Translations under genes and position numbers: made by a program | Shown: positions 11,040 through 23,134 of the stretch, piece by piece | How the letters are laid out: every line of letters begins with the position of its first letter | Numbering within the stretch: position 1 is the first letter of the stretch | The notes under the pieces: generated by a model | Database searches by the model: none | Seen by the model: only the letters and a program-made list of their open reading frames with translations | What the model was told of the DNA's origin: nothing | Assembly: GCF_006345805.1 (NCBI RefSeq) | Contig: NC_043008.1 | Coordinates: 77,996,001-78,060,000 of the forward strand | DNA from: Octopus sinensis | Taxonomy: Eukaryota | Length of the DNA: 64,000 bases | Direction of reading: 5' to 3'

Positions 11040-14000
11040 AAATAAATCATATATGCATGTATACATACATATATATGTATGAATATACATATATGTATAT
11101 GTATTTAAGACAAATACGAACTCCCCACATCCGAGACACATCTTACATAGAGAAGATTTCGAACAAGACCAAGGAAGAGGTAGGAACTTCTCCCCTTCGA
11201 GGCATTTCTTCCACAATAACTACCGCTTTCAAACAGAATATAACCATTACGACAACCCCAATCAGAGCCGACCACAATGAAGAACCCACAGTAGACCAAG
11301 GGTTAGTGGAAGGACTATTAACACGAACAATCACTCCCTATACTAGAGAAACTTTTTTTTTGACAAACTGGGCCAAAACGGGGACCAACCAAATATGAGA
11401 TTCCGAAGGTGATAAATCTCTCACATAAAGCCCTTTCTAACCAGGAAATCAAAATTCTTGTTCACCCCAACACCACAGAGGTCAAACCTACTTGATATAC
11501 AAAATGATATCCAAGACTTCTGTAGAAAAATTCGCATCACTGAAGAACTACTAGATAAAGAAAATAATGATCAATCCATTCTTCACAATAAAAGTAGCTA
11601 CTGTCCGACAAAAGGAAAAAAAATCAAACTCTGGATACCTTTTGTGATTCGATCTCCAGTTTCCCCTACAATTTACTCCTACCCTGAAAATTTTAAATAA
11701 ATACAAGTAAAGAAGTATGGGAAGTCATCAATAATTTCAAGGAGGATGACAGCATAATTATAAAAGAAGCTGACAAAGGGAGCTCTGTAGTTATCATGGA
11801 CTCAGAAAAATACATAAACACTACCCTAACCCTCCTTCAAGACAATACCTACTATGAAAAATCAACAGCTACAGTCAATCCAAGATAATGACCAAACTGT
11901 CTACCGTTATCTAACAATTCCAACAAGGTTTAACACAAAAGGAGACAGACTACTTAACTAGATTTGACTGCAAAACCATAACTTCTATGGATTTCCCAAA
12001 ATCCACAAAAGTGAGGGCACAAACGAAGCCTGTAACAAGCCAACCTCTATAGTCATAAATATTCCGCACCCGAGTGATCTCAAAATGAGACCAATTGTGG
12101 CCGGTCCCTCTTGTGAGACACACAGACTCCGTAATTTTATTGACGTCCTCCTCAAACCTATTCTCCAGCATATGCCGAGCTTTATATGGGATGATCTGGA
12201 CTTTTTAAACCATCTCCCGTACAAAACCAGCAAAGACTCCCTCCTGGTTTTATTCGATGTAATAAACCTCTATACATCGATTCCTCATGAATATGGAATA
12301 ATAGCTATACAATACTGGCTGGAAAAAATTCCCAAATGACATTCCTGACAGAATCGGAAAAAAATTCATCCTACAGAACAACTTTTTCAATTTCAGCGAG
12401 TACACTTATAGACAAAAATCAGGCACGGCGATGGGAACGAGGGTAGTGCCTACTTTTGCCAACCTTGTCATGGTATACTTAGAAATCCAAATATACGAAC
12501 ACGCTACATTGAAATTTGGAGACAACTTCCAAAAATACTTACTCACCAACTGGAAACGCTACTTGGATGACTTTCATCCTGTGGCCACATAACCTTGAAC
12601 AACTCTCAAAATATACAAACTTAATCAACAGCATTAACCACAGTATCCAGTTTACTATGGAATACAGCCACCTACAACTACCCTTCCTGGACATCTTAAT
12701 AATAAAGAGAGATACTGAAATTGAAATTGACATCTTCTTCAAACAACGGACTCAAAACAATATCTTTTATTCTGCTCTTGCCAACCAAAACATAATAAAA
12801 TATATATACCGTTCAACTTCACGAGAAGAATTTGCACGATTGCATCAAATCCCGAAACCCGATAAAGATGACTCCTAGAACTTAAAAACACATTACTAGA
12901 TAAAAAATACCCAGCTAGTCTAATCAAAAGTGGAATAGAACGTGCAAAAATTATAGACATCCAAGATTTACGGAAAACAAGAATACACCATAAAACACTT
13001 AAAACTCTATCTTACGTATCAACACAGAATCCAAAAACCATGGAAGCATACAACATCATCCACCAAAATATACCCCACGAATGAAAAAGGCACTAGAAAC
13101 ACATAGGATTATTAAAAGCAAGAGATAACCGCAATCCCTAAAAAAATTACTCATCAGCGCCAAATTACCCACCAAAACTACAACCCCAAAAAGTCAAAAA
13201 GTACAACTGCCCTAACTGCTGAACTTGCATCTTCCTCTTAGAGAGCTGCTCCACATACAAATTTAAGTAAAACTTTTACCATAAAATACGACTTCACCTG
13301 TGCTTCGAAGAACTTAATCTATGTTTTTAAATGTGGAGGTGGTGACTACATTGGTCAAAGCACCTTAACTTTGAGGGATAGACTTACGATGGAACAGGCA
13401 ACGAATCCGGGACCCTACCACTAGGAAAATTCCCGTAAGCTAGCACCTAGACCAATGACCCGTAGACATAAACCCTAAATACCAAATCTTCCCTTTCTAT
13501 CAATGCACTGGAAACACTTCAACCCAATTCCGTTTAAATAAGGAAAACATACTGTTTTAAAAAATATAAACCACAGCTGAATATTCTTCAGAAAGAAGAA
13601 AAAGCAGTAAAAAGAAAATAAAAAGGACTAAAAAAAACAACCAGGAAAAACAAATTATTTTCTGAAAACTTTAGTAATAATCTTTCAACCGGGTTAAGAA
13701 ACCGCAACTCCAACCCACCATACAAACATCAGTTGCTGACGTAACCTACATCCAGTCCAATGAAATTCTACAAACACCAGTTGCTGACGTCAACTAACTA
13801 CAGCCCAATCAAAACCGAACTTCAGCGAATACAACGAAATGACCCTTTAAGAGAACCAACCAACCGGAACGACTTATGACCGTATCCACAAGGAAACCAA
13901 CCAAGCAAAACGACAAACTTGACCACGGAAAACAAAAAAACGTTACCAGAATTCTAACGAATCAAAAATCAGATCCCCTCGCGGAAAAAAAAAATTATAA

Positions 14001-14290
14001 ATTCATCTATTCCAAAACATACCACTACAAGCGAAAGCATCTATATGAGAAGATTAAAAAAGACTGTAAACCAAATTCATATTTTTTACTATTTTCATTT
14101 CACACTTGCTTTTTTTTTTCAGTATGACTTGTCGACCAACACTAAAATTAATGAAATTTGTGCATTCAAATAAATTGAAATACAGTTTTAATTTTATTGA
14201 CTGCTATGAACATTCAAACTAACACCTGTTTTAAACATGTTATTTTATCAACATTGAAACATTTTAGTTTGTCAACACTGAAGCATTGAG
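11040..14290 (+). mobile_element. Near full-length decayed Penelope-like element (RT + Cys-rich linker + GIY-YIG; Neptune-like)
   Basis: IIKEADKGSSVVIMD, YGFPKIHK, MRPIVAGPSC, FDVINLYTSIP, GTAMGT, WKRYLDD, LPFLDI, CASKNLIYVFKC..DYIGQ. Confidence 0.9.
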
Positions 14291-14384
14291 TTGACGGAGC
14301 GCCTCGGCCCTGTAGAGGTCCGCGCGCCACACCACCACAGCTCCATCCTTGTCGGCATGCATCTTTACATATATATATATATAT

Positions 14385-14565
14385 TAGAAGGTTTGGAGGT
14401 GATGTACAGGTATTATATATTAGAAAAAATAAGGTACTCACAAATCTGGATGGTTCTACATTTACAGATTTTTATTAACGTCACATGTTTTTATAAATCA
14501 TATATTAGCGCTTGCATCTACTCTAGTAGATTCTTCAGATTTGAAATTTTTTAGGAGATTCGTCT
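14385..14565 (-). mobile_element. PLE 3'-terminal fragment (reverse copy of 36650-36823) with hammerhead-like motif
   Basis: Its reverse complement aligns to 36655-36823. Contains CTGAAGA-ATCTACT-AG-AGTAGAT-GCAA-GCGC-TA at 14503-14541. Confidence 0.65.
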
Positions 14566-14659
14566 CTTTTTTATAGTATTAATGAGTGTGTAGGGTAGGA
14601 GAGAGAAAAGGGGTAGTAAAAGAGGGTGAGGAACGGGGAGAAAGTGAGAGAGAATGTAC

Positions 14660-14809
14660 GTGTGTGGTAAGTAGCTTGCTTGCGAACCACATGGTGCCGG
14701 GTTCAGTCCCACTGCGCGGCATCTTGGGCAAGTGCCTTCTACTATAACCTGGGGTCGACCAAAACCTTGTGAGTGGATTTGGTAGACGGAAAATGAAAGA
14801 AGACTGTCG

Positions 14810-14878
<69 letters not shown>

Positions 14879-14900
14879 TATATATACATATATATATATG

Positions 14901-14953
<53 letters not shown>

Positions 14954-15200
14954 GTATATAAATATATGTATGTATGTATATATGTGAGTCTATATTTTTG
15001 TGTGTCTGTATTTGTCGCCCCAACATAGCTTGACAACCGATGTTGGTGTCTTTACGTCCTCGTAACTTAGCGATTCGGCAAAAGAGACCGATAGAATGAG
15101 TACTAGTCTCACAAAGAATAAGTCCTGGGGTCGATTTGCTCGACTAAAGGTGGTGCTCCAGCATGGCCACAGTCAAATATCTGAAACAAGTAAAAGAATA
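14660..15200 (+). mobile_element. tRNA-derived SINE family A with internal (TA)n
   Basis: gtgtgtggtaag A box, gggttcagtccc B box; 3' end ggtgctccagcatggccacagtcaaatatctgaaac. Confidence 0.88.
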
Positions 15201-15256
15201 TATATATATATACATATATATACACATACATATACATATATACATATATATACACA

Positions 15257-15305
<49 letters not shown>

Positions 15306-16060
15306 ACATATATATATTCACATACATATGCACATACATTATATATATACATATATATACATATATATACGCATACATATAGATACACATATATATATAT
15401 ATGTATACACATACATAAATATCTACATGTGTACATACACATACATATATTTATATATATGTGTATGTATACACATACATATATATACACATATATATAT
15501 ATACATATATACACACATATATATACATATATATACATAAATATAAATGTGCATTTACATATCTATATAACATATATATATATATACAATCCTCATTCAT
15601 TTATACTTGTTTCTAGAGAGATTACGTCTTTTCTGTGTTTCTCCCGTTCATTCCGTAAAATTTATTTGAAAGGAGTAGTAATTGAAAGTAGACAAAGCGA
15701 AAAGAACAAAGAACGTGAAAGATGTATGTATGTCTATATGAAATGGACGTGTTTGTGTGTGTGTGTGCGTATGTGTGTGTGTGTGCGCGTATGCGTGAGA
15801 GAGAGAGAAAGAAAGTGAAAAAGAGTGAGTGAAGGTGTGTGTCATGACGATTGATGTCTTTTAAGTTACACACACATATAGAAAATGTGTCGTCATCGTA
15901 TAACTTGTTTACGATAGTTGATTTATGGAAAAAGATCATAATGTTAAATTTTTGAAATGCAAATATGTGAATAGAAATGAAGTCTAATTCGTAGCCGAAA
16001 TAGTATTGTATCTTTTGATACCCCATACGTCAAAATCTGAAACATCGTTTTGGAATGCAT

Positions 16061-16099
<39 letters not shown>

Positions 16100-16921
16100 G
16101 GTTTAAGTAATTGAGATTCAAGTGAATTCTTATGAATTCACATGAATATGGTCCTTAACTAGGATGCACCGGAAATCTATATGGTGTTAACCATACGACA
16201 AGTGGGGTGATTACAAATAGGAAAAAAGCAAACAAGAATGGATTAAAATCTCGGTACAATTGTTTCGTACGAGGACATCTTTAATAAGCTACAAAAAATG
16301 CTGTAAATATAGATGGCTCGTACTCGTCAGCCGAAAAAACATCAGAGATTCCCAAACATCAAAAGGGGTAGATACAAATGAGGGTGTAAGTTTAACTGCA
16401 TTGAAGAAAGTTCGATTCCTGGAGATCCGATGAAAGGTCTTGAACTTACAGAATTTGTGCATGTCCATGTATAGCTCATAGTGAATTGCTAATCAAGTTA
16501 TGTGAAGAAATTTTGGATACAGCCATGCGAAATTTCTGAAAATCCGAGTAAGAAGCAAAGTGACTGTCATATCGTGTAGAGGAATAGATTGTTATTGAAA
16601 TTTACAAGAATCACAGATAAGTTGGATTCCTGGAGATCCGATAAAAAGTCTTGAACTTACAGAATATGTGCATGTCCATATAGTTCATAGTGAATTATTA
16701 ATCAAGTTATGTGAAGAAATTTTGGGTACAATCGTGCGAAATTTTAGGGAATCCGAGTGAGAAGCAAAATGACAATCTTATTCTGTAGAGGAACAGATTG
16801 TTACTCGGATTTTCAGAAATTTCGCACGACTGTATCCAAAATTTCTTCACATAACTTGATTAACAATTCCCTCGTACGAAACAATTGTACCGAGATTTTA
16901 ATCCATTCTTGTTGCTTTTTT

Positions 16922-16925
<4 letters not shown>
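16100..16925. mobile_element. PLE-type terminal sequence with inverted and tandem duplications
   Basis: 16218-16274 is the reverse complement of 16871-16925. ~16410-16600 repeats at ~16620-16800. 16801-16870 is the reverse complement of 16483-16550. The left end is homologous to 55255-55395. Confidence 0.75.
16250..16335 (-). ncRNA. Intact type-I hammerhead ribozyme
   Basis: ttcgg-CTGACGA-GTACGAG..loop..CTCGTAC-GAAA-CAATTG-TA-ccgag: 5-bp stem I, 7-bp stem II, palindromic stem III, GUA cleavage site. Confidence 0.85.
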
Positions 16926-16972
<47 letters not shown>

Positions 16973-16973
16973 G

Positions 16974-17004
<31 letters not shown>

Positions 17005-17017
17005 GTATGTATGTATG

Positions 17018-17055
<38 letters not shown>

Positions 17056-17449
17056 ACACATTTCATTCTAACTGAAAGTATTATATCACATTACAATAGA
17101 GGCGTAATACGGAAATAGTGTAAGATATAAGAGATTGCTCTGGGCTCGCATTAGGCAAGAATTGGGAAATTTTGGGGCCCATGACACAACATCGACCTTA
17201 GCTTTTTTATTTGACGACTGTTACTTTAAGTATTTTATTTCGATTTTATGCATATATATGTATGTATGTGTCAATGAGGGCGACTTCTACATAATGGTTA
17301 GACCTGGTAGAAATAGCAGCCAAATCTCCCTCAAATCGCCCTACTGTCCTAATCCGACAATTCTGCCTATTACATAGTTTGAATGAGAAACTGTAACTAA
17401 AGCTTCCCAAAATTTTACGTGTTTTAATGACAATCAATTTTTTTCTCTT

Positions 17450-19770
17450 TTTGCGTCGCTTTCCATGTCTGCTGTAAAGGTGAAGAAGGTTAACTTGGAC
17501 GGTGTTAAGTAGTGCAAATGTTTGGTGATACTATGTGGTGGTTACTTTTGACGGTTTCTTCTCAATAAGGACAACTCATTGATAAAGAATCTTAATATAT
17601 ATACAACTTCAAGTGAAATTGGACGTCATAAGAGAGACAGACAACCCTTAAGTCTTAGTTTAGGCTTATGCGCTGGTCTCCTGCTATCTTCCAGCTCACC
17701 ATACAATAGCTGCTTGGGCAGTCGCTCATTACTCATCCTTACCAAATGCCCCCTCCCACCTCAAATGTCTTTGCAAAATCATTGACTCTATACTTTTGCT
17801 GCCACTCCTCTCAAGCACCACTACATTACTAACGGCCATTTTCCAGTTTATCTCCAAAATCTTTCTCAGACAGTATTGGTGAAATCATTCCAATTGCCTT
17901 ACCTGCCTACGGTAAACAACCCATGCCTCATTTCCATATAGCAAAAATAGGAGAACGCATGTGTTATATACCTTAACTTTAATTTGTGAAGATATATTAT
18001 GTTGTTTCCACAGACGCCTACCAAGCTTACAAAAAGCACTACTAGCCTTGCTGATTCTGTGTGAAATTTCGTCATCAACACCAGCAGTGCTCAAGGTACT
18101 TCCTAAATAAATAAATCTAGGTACAGCCTCCAACCTTTGACCATTCACAGTTATAAAAGGTTTCACATACATCTTGGAGAGAGCGGGCTGGTACATTATA
18201 ACAGTTTTCTTTAAGATTGATTGTTCGACCGAATGCTACACATGCTGCAGAAATTGCATTCACCATGTGTTACCTATCTTTCTGAGAATGTACCGACAGG
18301 TCACAATTATTTACATACAGAAACCCAACAAGGTGAGAATGCAGAACTTTTGTTTTTGGCACAGAATCTTTTGAGATTGAACAGTTTTCCTGTTGTCCTA
18401 TATTTTATATAGACCCCTTCCGTGCAATCTTTAAAAGCTATTTGAAAGATTATTGCGTAATATATAGCAAACAGTGTAGGAGCAGGAATATCACCTTGCT
18501 TTACACCATTTTCTACAGAAATTGGATCTGATAAGGTACCTCCAACATTAACTCTCACTTCCGTCTTGCCATAAAATTTTCTAAGCATTCTCACAAATTT
18601 TTTAGGCATCCTAGCATTTTTAGGATCTCCCAAATTCCAATTCTATTGATAGAATCAAACGCTTTTGTTAGGTCAATGAAAACCTGGTATAAGACCATAT
18701 CCTGTTCGATACACTTCTAGTCAAATATATCATATCCATATCCATATCATATCCATAGTATTCCTACTATCCTTACACCCACATTGCGATTCTGGTAGAA
18801 CCTTATCAGTAACGTGCAGAAGCAATCTATCCAGTATTACCCTACAGAGGACCTTTCCAGCAACAGCTAACAGACAGATGCCGCGATAATTATCAGAGCC
18901 ATCCTTTCTACCTTTAGATTTATATTGTATCTCCATAGTTGCATCACGCCAGTCCAGAGGAACCTCTTCACTTTGCCAAACCCTCTGAATCACATCCGTC
19001 AACATTGCACAAAGATGATCACCACCATATTTATATATCTCTGCACCTAGTTCATCCATATCACGGGCCTTTCCGTTGTTCCAGTTTCTGATTGCTGATT
19101 CTATTTCACAAGGTTTGGAACTTCTGTTGTTTTCTGTTGGTCTCTCGAGTATATTATCAAGAAAAGAGAGATCAACTTCAGTGGGTCTATTGAGCAACTC
19201 ATCAAAATATTCTTTCCATCTCCCAACAATATCTTTAGGATTTGTTAATAATTCTGTCCTATCCTTGCTCCGAAGTTCCGCAACCTTTGATGAAACTGGT
19301 CCATAAAGTATTTTCAAAACAGAATAAAAAAGTTTGGAATTGTTAGCATTTGAAGCTTCTTGGATTTCATCGCATCTATCATTGCATCATCCGTAGCTTC
19401 CGCTGTAATGTTGCTTTTACTGCGTTGAAACATGTAGCCACTGTCCTGTTCGTTGTTTCACTTCATTATCGTCAAAGCAATCTTGTTGCTTTTTTTATAA
19501 CAAAGCCAAGAATGTTACTACACATCTCGTACGTTCTTTCTTTGAATGACTTCCAGCTTCCATCACAGGACAAATTATTTATCTCCCTCTCAAACTCATT
19601 GCATACTGACGGAATCTTAAGTTTATTTAAATTTATCCGTTTAGGTAATTTGTCATTATTTGCTCTAACCTTAGGCTTGACGATAAAATTCACCTTGGCA
19701 CGCAAAAGCTTATGGTCAGTCCAGCACTTTGCACCACGCATCACTCGTACAATAGAAAAGTCCCTAAAAA
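17450..19770 (-). mobile_element. Decayed RTE-clade LINE (APE end + RT)
   Basis: MRGAKCWTDHKLL, RWKEYFDELLN, AEIYKYGG, NYRGICLLAVAGK, LPESQCG, GVKQGDIPAPTLF, FIYLGSTLS. Confidence 0.88.
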
Positions 19771-20059
19771 GGTATTGTAAGATAATTTACTCACAATATA
19801 ATTTTAGATTAATGAATATTTAGTATTATGCTACTTAATAAAATATTGATTATATGCAAATGATTCTAATCGATTTACTAATGCAGAATAACTATAGTAT
19901 AGATACATATACGTATGTTTATTCATAGGTATATATATATTATATATATATATATATTATATATATATAATATAGGGAGTAAATCCAAACTTACAGGGAA
20001 AAATTAGATTTAGGATTAAATCAAATTTCACAGTATAAATATAAATTAAATTAGAGATA

Positions 20060-21351
20060 CGAGGGACGTTCAATAAGTAATGCCTCTGACCCACTTGCAG
20101 TTGTTTGATCTAGCTGCAATTTTGCATGTGCAAGCATTTATATCTCTATAGATGAAGTTGCGAATTACAGCTCTAAATTAATTGTGGTTTCTGATTTACA
20201 GGTGTTTGAACCGAGTCAAGTGTGAAATGGAGCCTTTTGAGTGTCGAGCAGTGATCCGGTTTTTGTATTTGAAAGGACGCACACCACGGGAGACTTTTGA
20301 TGAAATGAAAGTAACTTATGGTGATGATGCCCCATCATATGACCTTGTAAAACGCTGGCATCGTGAATTCAAACATGGTCGGAACTCTGTGGAAACAGCT
20401 CCCAGATCTGGTCGCCCCCTTCTGCCATTGATGAGGCATCTGTCCGTCAAGTTGAGGCTGCCATTTTGGAAGATCGACGCATAATTATTCGCCAAATAGC
20501 CCATGAGGTCAAGATTAGTACCGGGTCTGTGGAAACTATCATTCATGACCATTTGCATATGCAAAATGTGTCTGCCAGATGGATTCCCAGGTTGCTCGCG
20601 CCTTTCCAGAAGCAAGAACGCGTCGAGTGCTCGAGGGGGAATTTGGAGATGTGCCAAGAAGATGAGTCAAAATTTTTCAAAAGACTGATTACACAGGATG
20701 AAACCTGGGTCCATCACGATGATCCAGAGACCAAAGCCCAGTCAATGCAGTGGAAGCACCGTGACTCACCCCCTCCAAAGAAGGCAAGGGTTGTAGCCCT
20801 CCGCTGGCAAGGTCATGCTCACAGTCTTCTGGGACCAGGACGGAGTAGTGATGGCAGATTTCCTGGCAAAGGGTACCACAATTGCAGGAGCCTATTATGC
20901 TTCACTTTTGAGGAAATTAAGAGAAGTTATCAAAATCAAGAGGCGGGGCAAGATCAGCAAAGGCATCCTCCTCCTGCAGGACAACGCTCCGGTCCACAAC
21001 TCGCTTGTCGCCAGATCAGAAGCACAGGCGTATGGCTATGAACTCCTCCCCATCCCCCCTACTTTCTTGACCTTGCACCCTCTGATTTTTACCTCTTCCC
21101 AATCATGAAGTTGTTTTTGAAAGGAAAGCGTTTCCCAGATGATGCAGCCTTGATTTCTGAAGTCACGTCGTGGTTGGAGGACCAAGCTGGGTTCTTCTAC
21201 AAAAACGGTCTCCAGAGCCGCATCAAACGATGGGAGAAATGCGTAACTTTGGGTGGTTCCTATGTAGAAAAAGATTAATAACTGTGCCAAGTTTCGTTGC
21301 TCTACTCCTATGGGAAGTGGGTCAGGGGCATTACTTATTGAACGCCCCTCC
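20060..21351 (+). mobile_element. Full-length mariner (irritans/Hsmar2-like) with ~37-bp TIRs and TA TSD; transposase frameshifted
   Basis: TA|cgagggacgttcaataagtaatgcctctgacccactt ... aagtgggtcaggggcattacttattgaacgcccctcc|TA; motifs WIPRLL, ITQDETW, LLQDNAPVH. Confidence 0.93.
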
Positions 21352-21812
21352 TAAAACCACTATTAGACAAATCAAACACAGAAAAACATAAACATATGTT
21401 TTTCACTGTTTGATTTGCCTAAGAGTGGTTTCATCTCCAATTTAATTTATATATATACATGCATCTACACATATAGATATATATATATATACCTACACAC
21501 ACATACATACACATATATATACATATTACAAATCTAAGACGAGATATATACATATACATATGTACAAATAAATATACACATATACATATATACATACATT
21601 CGTACATGTACATATATACAGATACAAACATACACATATGCACACACATGCACACACAGACATAAACACGCACACACGCATATATATACACACACATTCT
21701 AAATATTCTAAAGATTATAGAACATTATAACATTTAATTGTCTAAATAAATTATATTTAATACACACCAATCCTCCAAATAATCAATTCAGTTTAATTAA
21801 ATTTTCTAAACA

Positions 21813-22270
21813 CAGGCGGAGGAGTAGCTGTGTGGTAAGAAGCCTGCTTCTCAACCACATAGCTCCGGGTTCAGTCCCACTGCATGATACCTTGAGAAAG
21901 TGTCTCCTACTATAGCCTCGGACCAACCAAATCTTGTGAGTGGATTTGGTAGACAGAATCTAAAAGAAGCCCGCCGTATATATATATATATATATATATG
22001 CATACACATATATATACATACATACATACATACATACATACATACATACATACATACATGTATGTATTTGTGTGCGTGTCTTTGTTTCCCCATCGCTTGA
22101 CAACCGATGTTGGTATGTTTACATCCCCGTAACTTAGCAGTTCGGTAAAAGTGACTGATAGAATAAGTACTAGGCTTGCACAAAATATGTCCTGGTGTCG
22201 ATTTGTTCGACTAAAGGCAGTGCTCCAGCATGGCTGCAGTCAAATAACTGAAACAACTAAAAGAATAAGA
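21813..22270 (+). mobile_element. tRNA-derived SINE family A
   Basis: Full-length match to 14660-15200. Confidence 0.88.
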
Positions 22271-23026
22271 GATTAAAAACATCTCTTTTGTCTGTCGTTA
22301 AGAAGTTTCTTTTTCTATGTTAAGATTTTATATATATCCTCTACACCTAAGTTACATCTATTATCAATTTTATAAGATCTAGCATGATAAAGTAGTTGTC
22401 ATTTAAGTTTATATAATTTACTATTAACTTCCACATAAATTTATTTAAACTGGTGCTACAAAACTTATTTCTATTTCTAGAAGTATATTCATGGTTTGCA
22501 ATTCGTAGTTTAAATAAAGTTTCACCCAATATAAAATTAGCTATTTCCTTCAAATTCTCCCCGACATCTATATATAAGGGTATTTTGGATACAAATATTC
22601 CTGAAATAACATTTATCCTTAAACCTACAGTCACCAATTCTGGCTACACTATTTCGACTCGGTCCATTACTAGTGTTAGTAATGAAAGTATTAGTATTTC
22701 TATTACTATAAAAAGTATCTAGTTTATTGTTATTAATCGAAGAGATAATTCTAAATAAGTTTTTAGCTACTCAAAAACTAATTCTAACCGTTTCATTATT
22801 AATTATTTTATATTTATTTTCCTTACTAAAATATTTTAATATACTTATTTTCCTTAGTAAAATATTTAGATATAGATCTGTAAAAAGATTTAAACAAATG
22901 CCTTTATCAAAGTTATCATTATGCGATTTATCAAAATTAACAAATGGGATATATTTTCTATTCTTAAATTTAAAGTTATTATTATTATTATTATTATTAC
23001 TATTATTATTATTATTATTATTATTA

Positions 23027-23062
<36 letters not shown>

Positions 23063-23134
23063 CATTGTTGTTGTTGTTGTTGTTGTCGTTGTTGTTGTTG
23101 ATGTTGTTGTTATCATTATTGTTATTATTATTAC

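Noticed and set aside
14040-14075. Possible hammerhead at the 3' end of the PLE (also 48355-48390)
   Set aside because: The core is too degenerate to support a call.
14295-14362. Short GC-rich island
   Set aside because: Too short to assign; no recognisable ORF, RNA fold or repeat partner.
20227-21280. SETMAR-like domesticated gene
   Set aside because: No SET domain, frameshifted, and TIRs are present.
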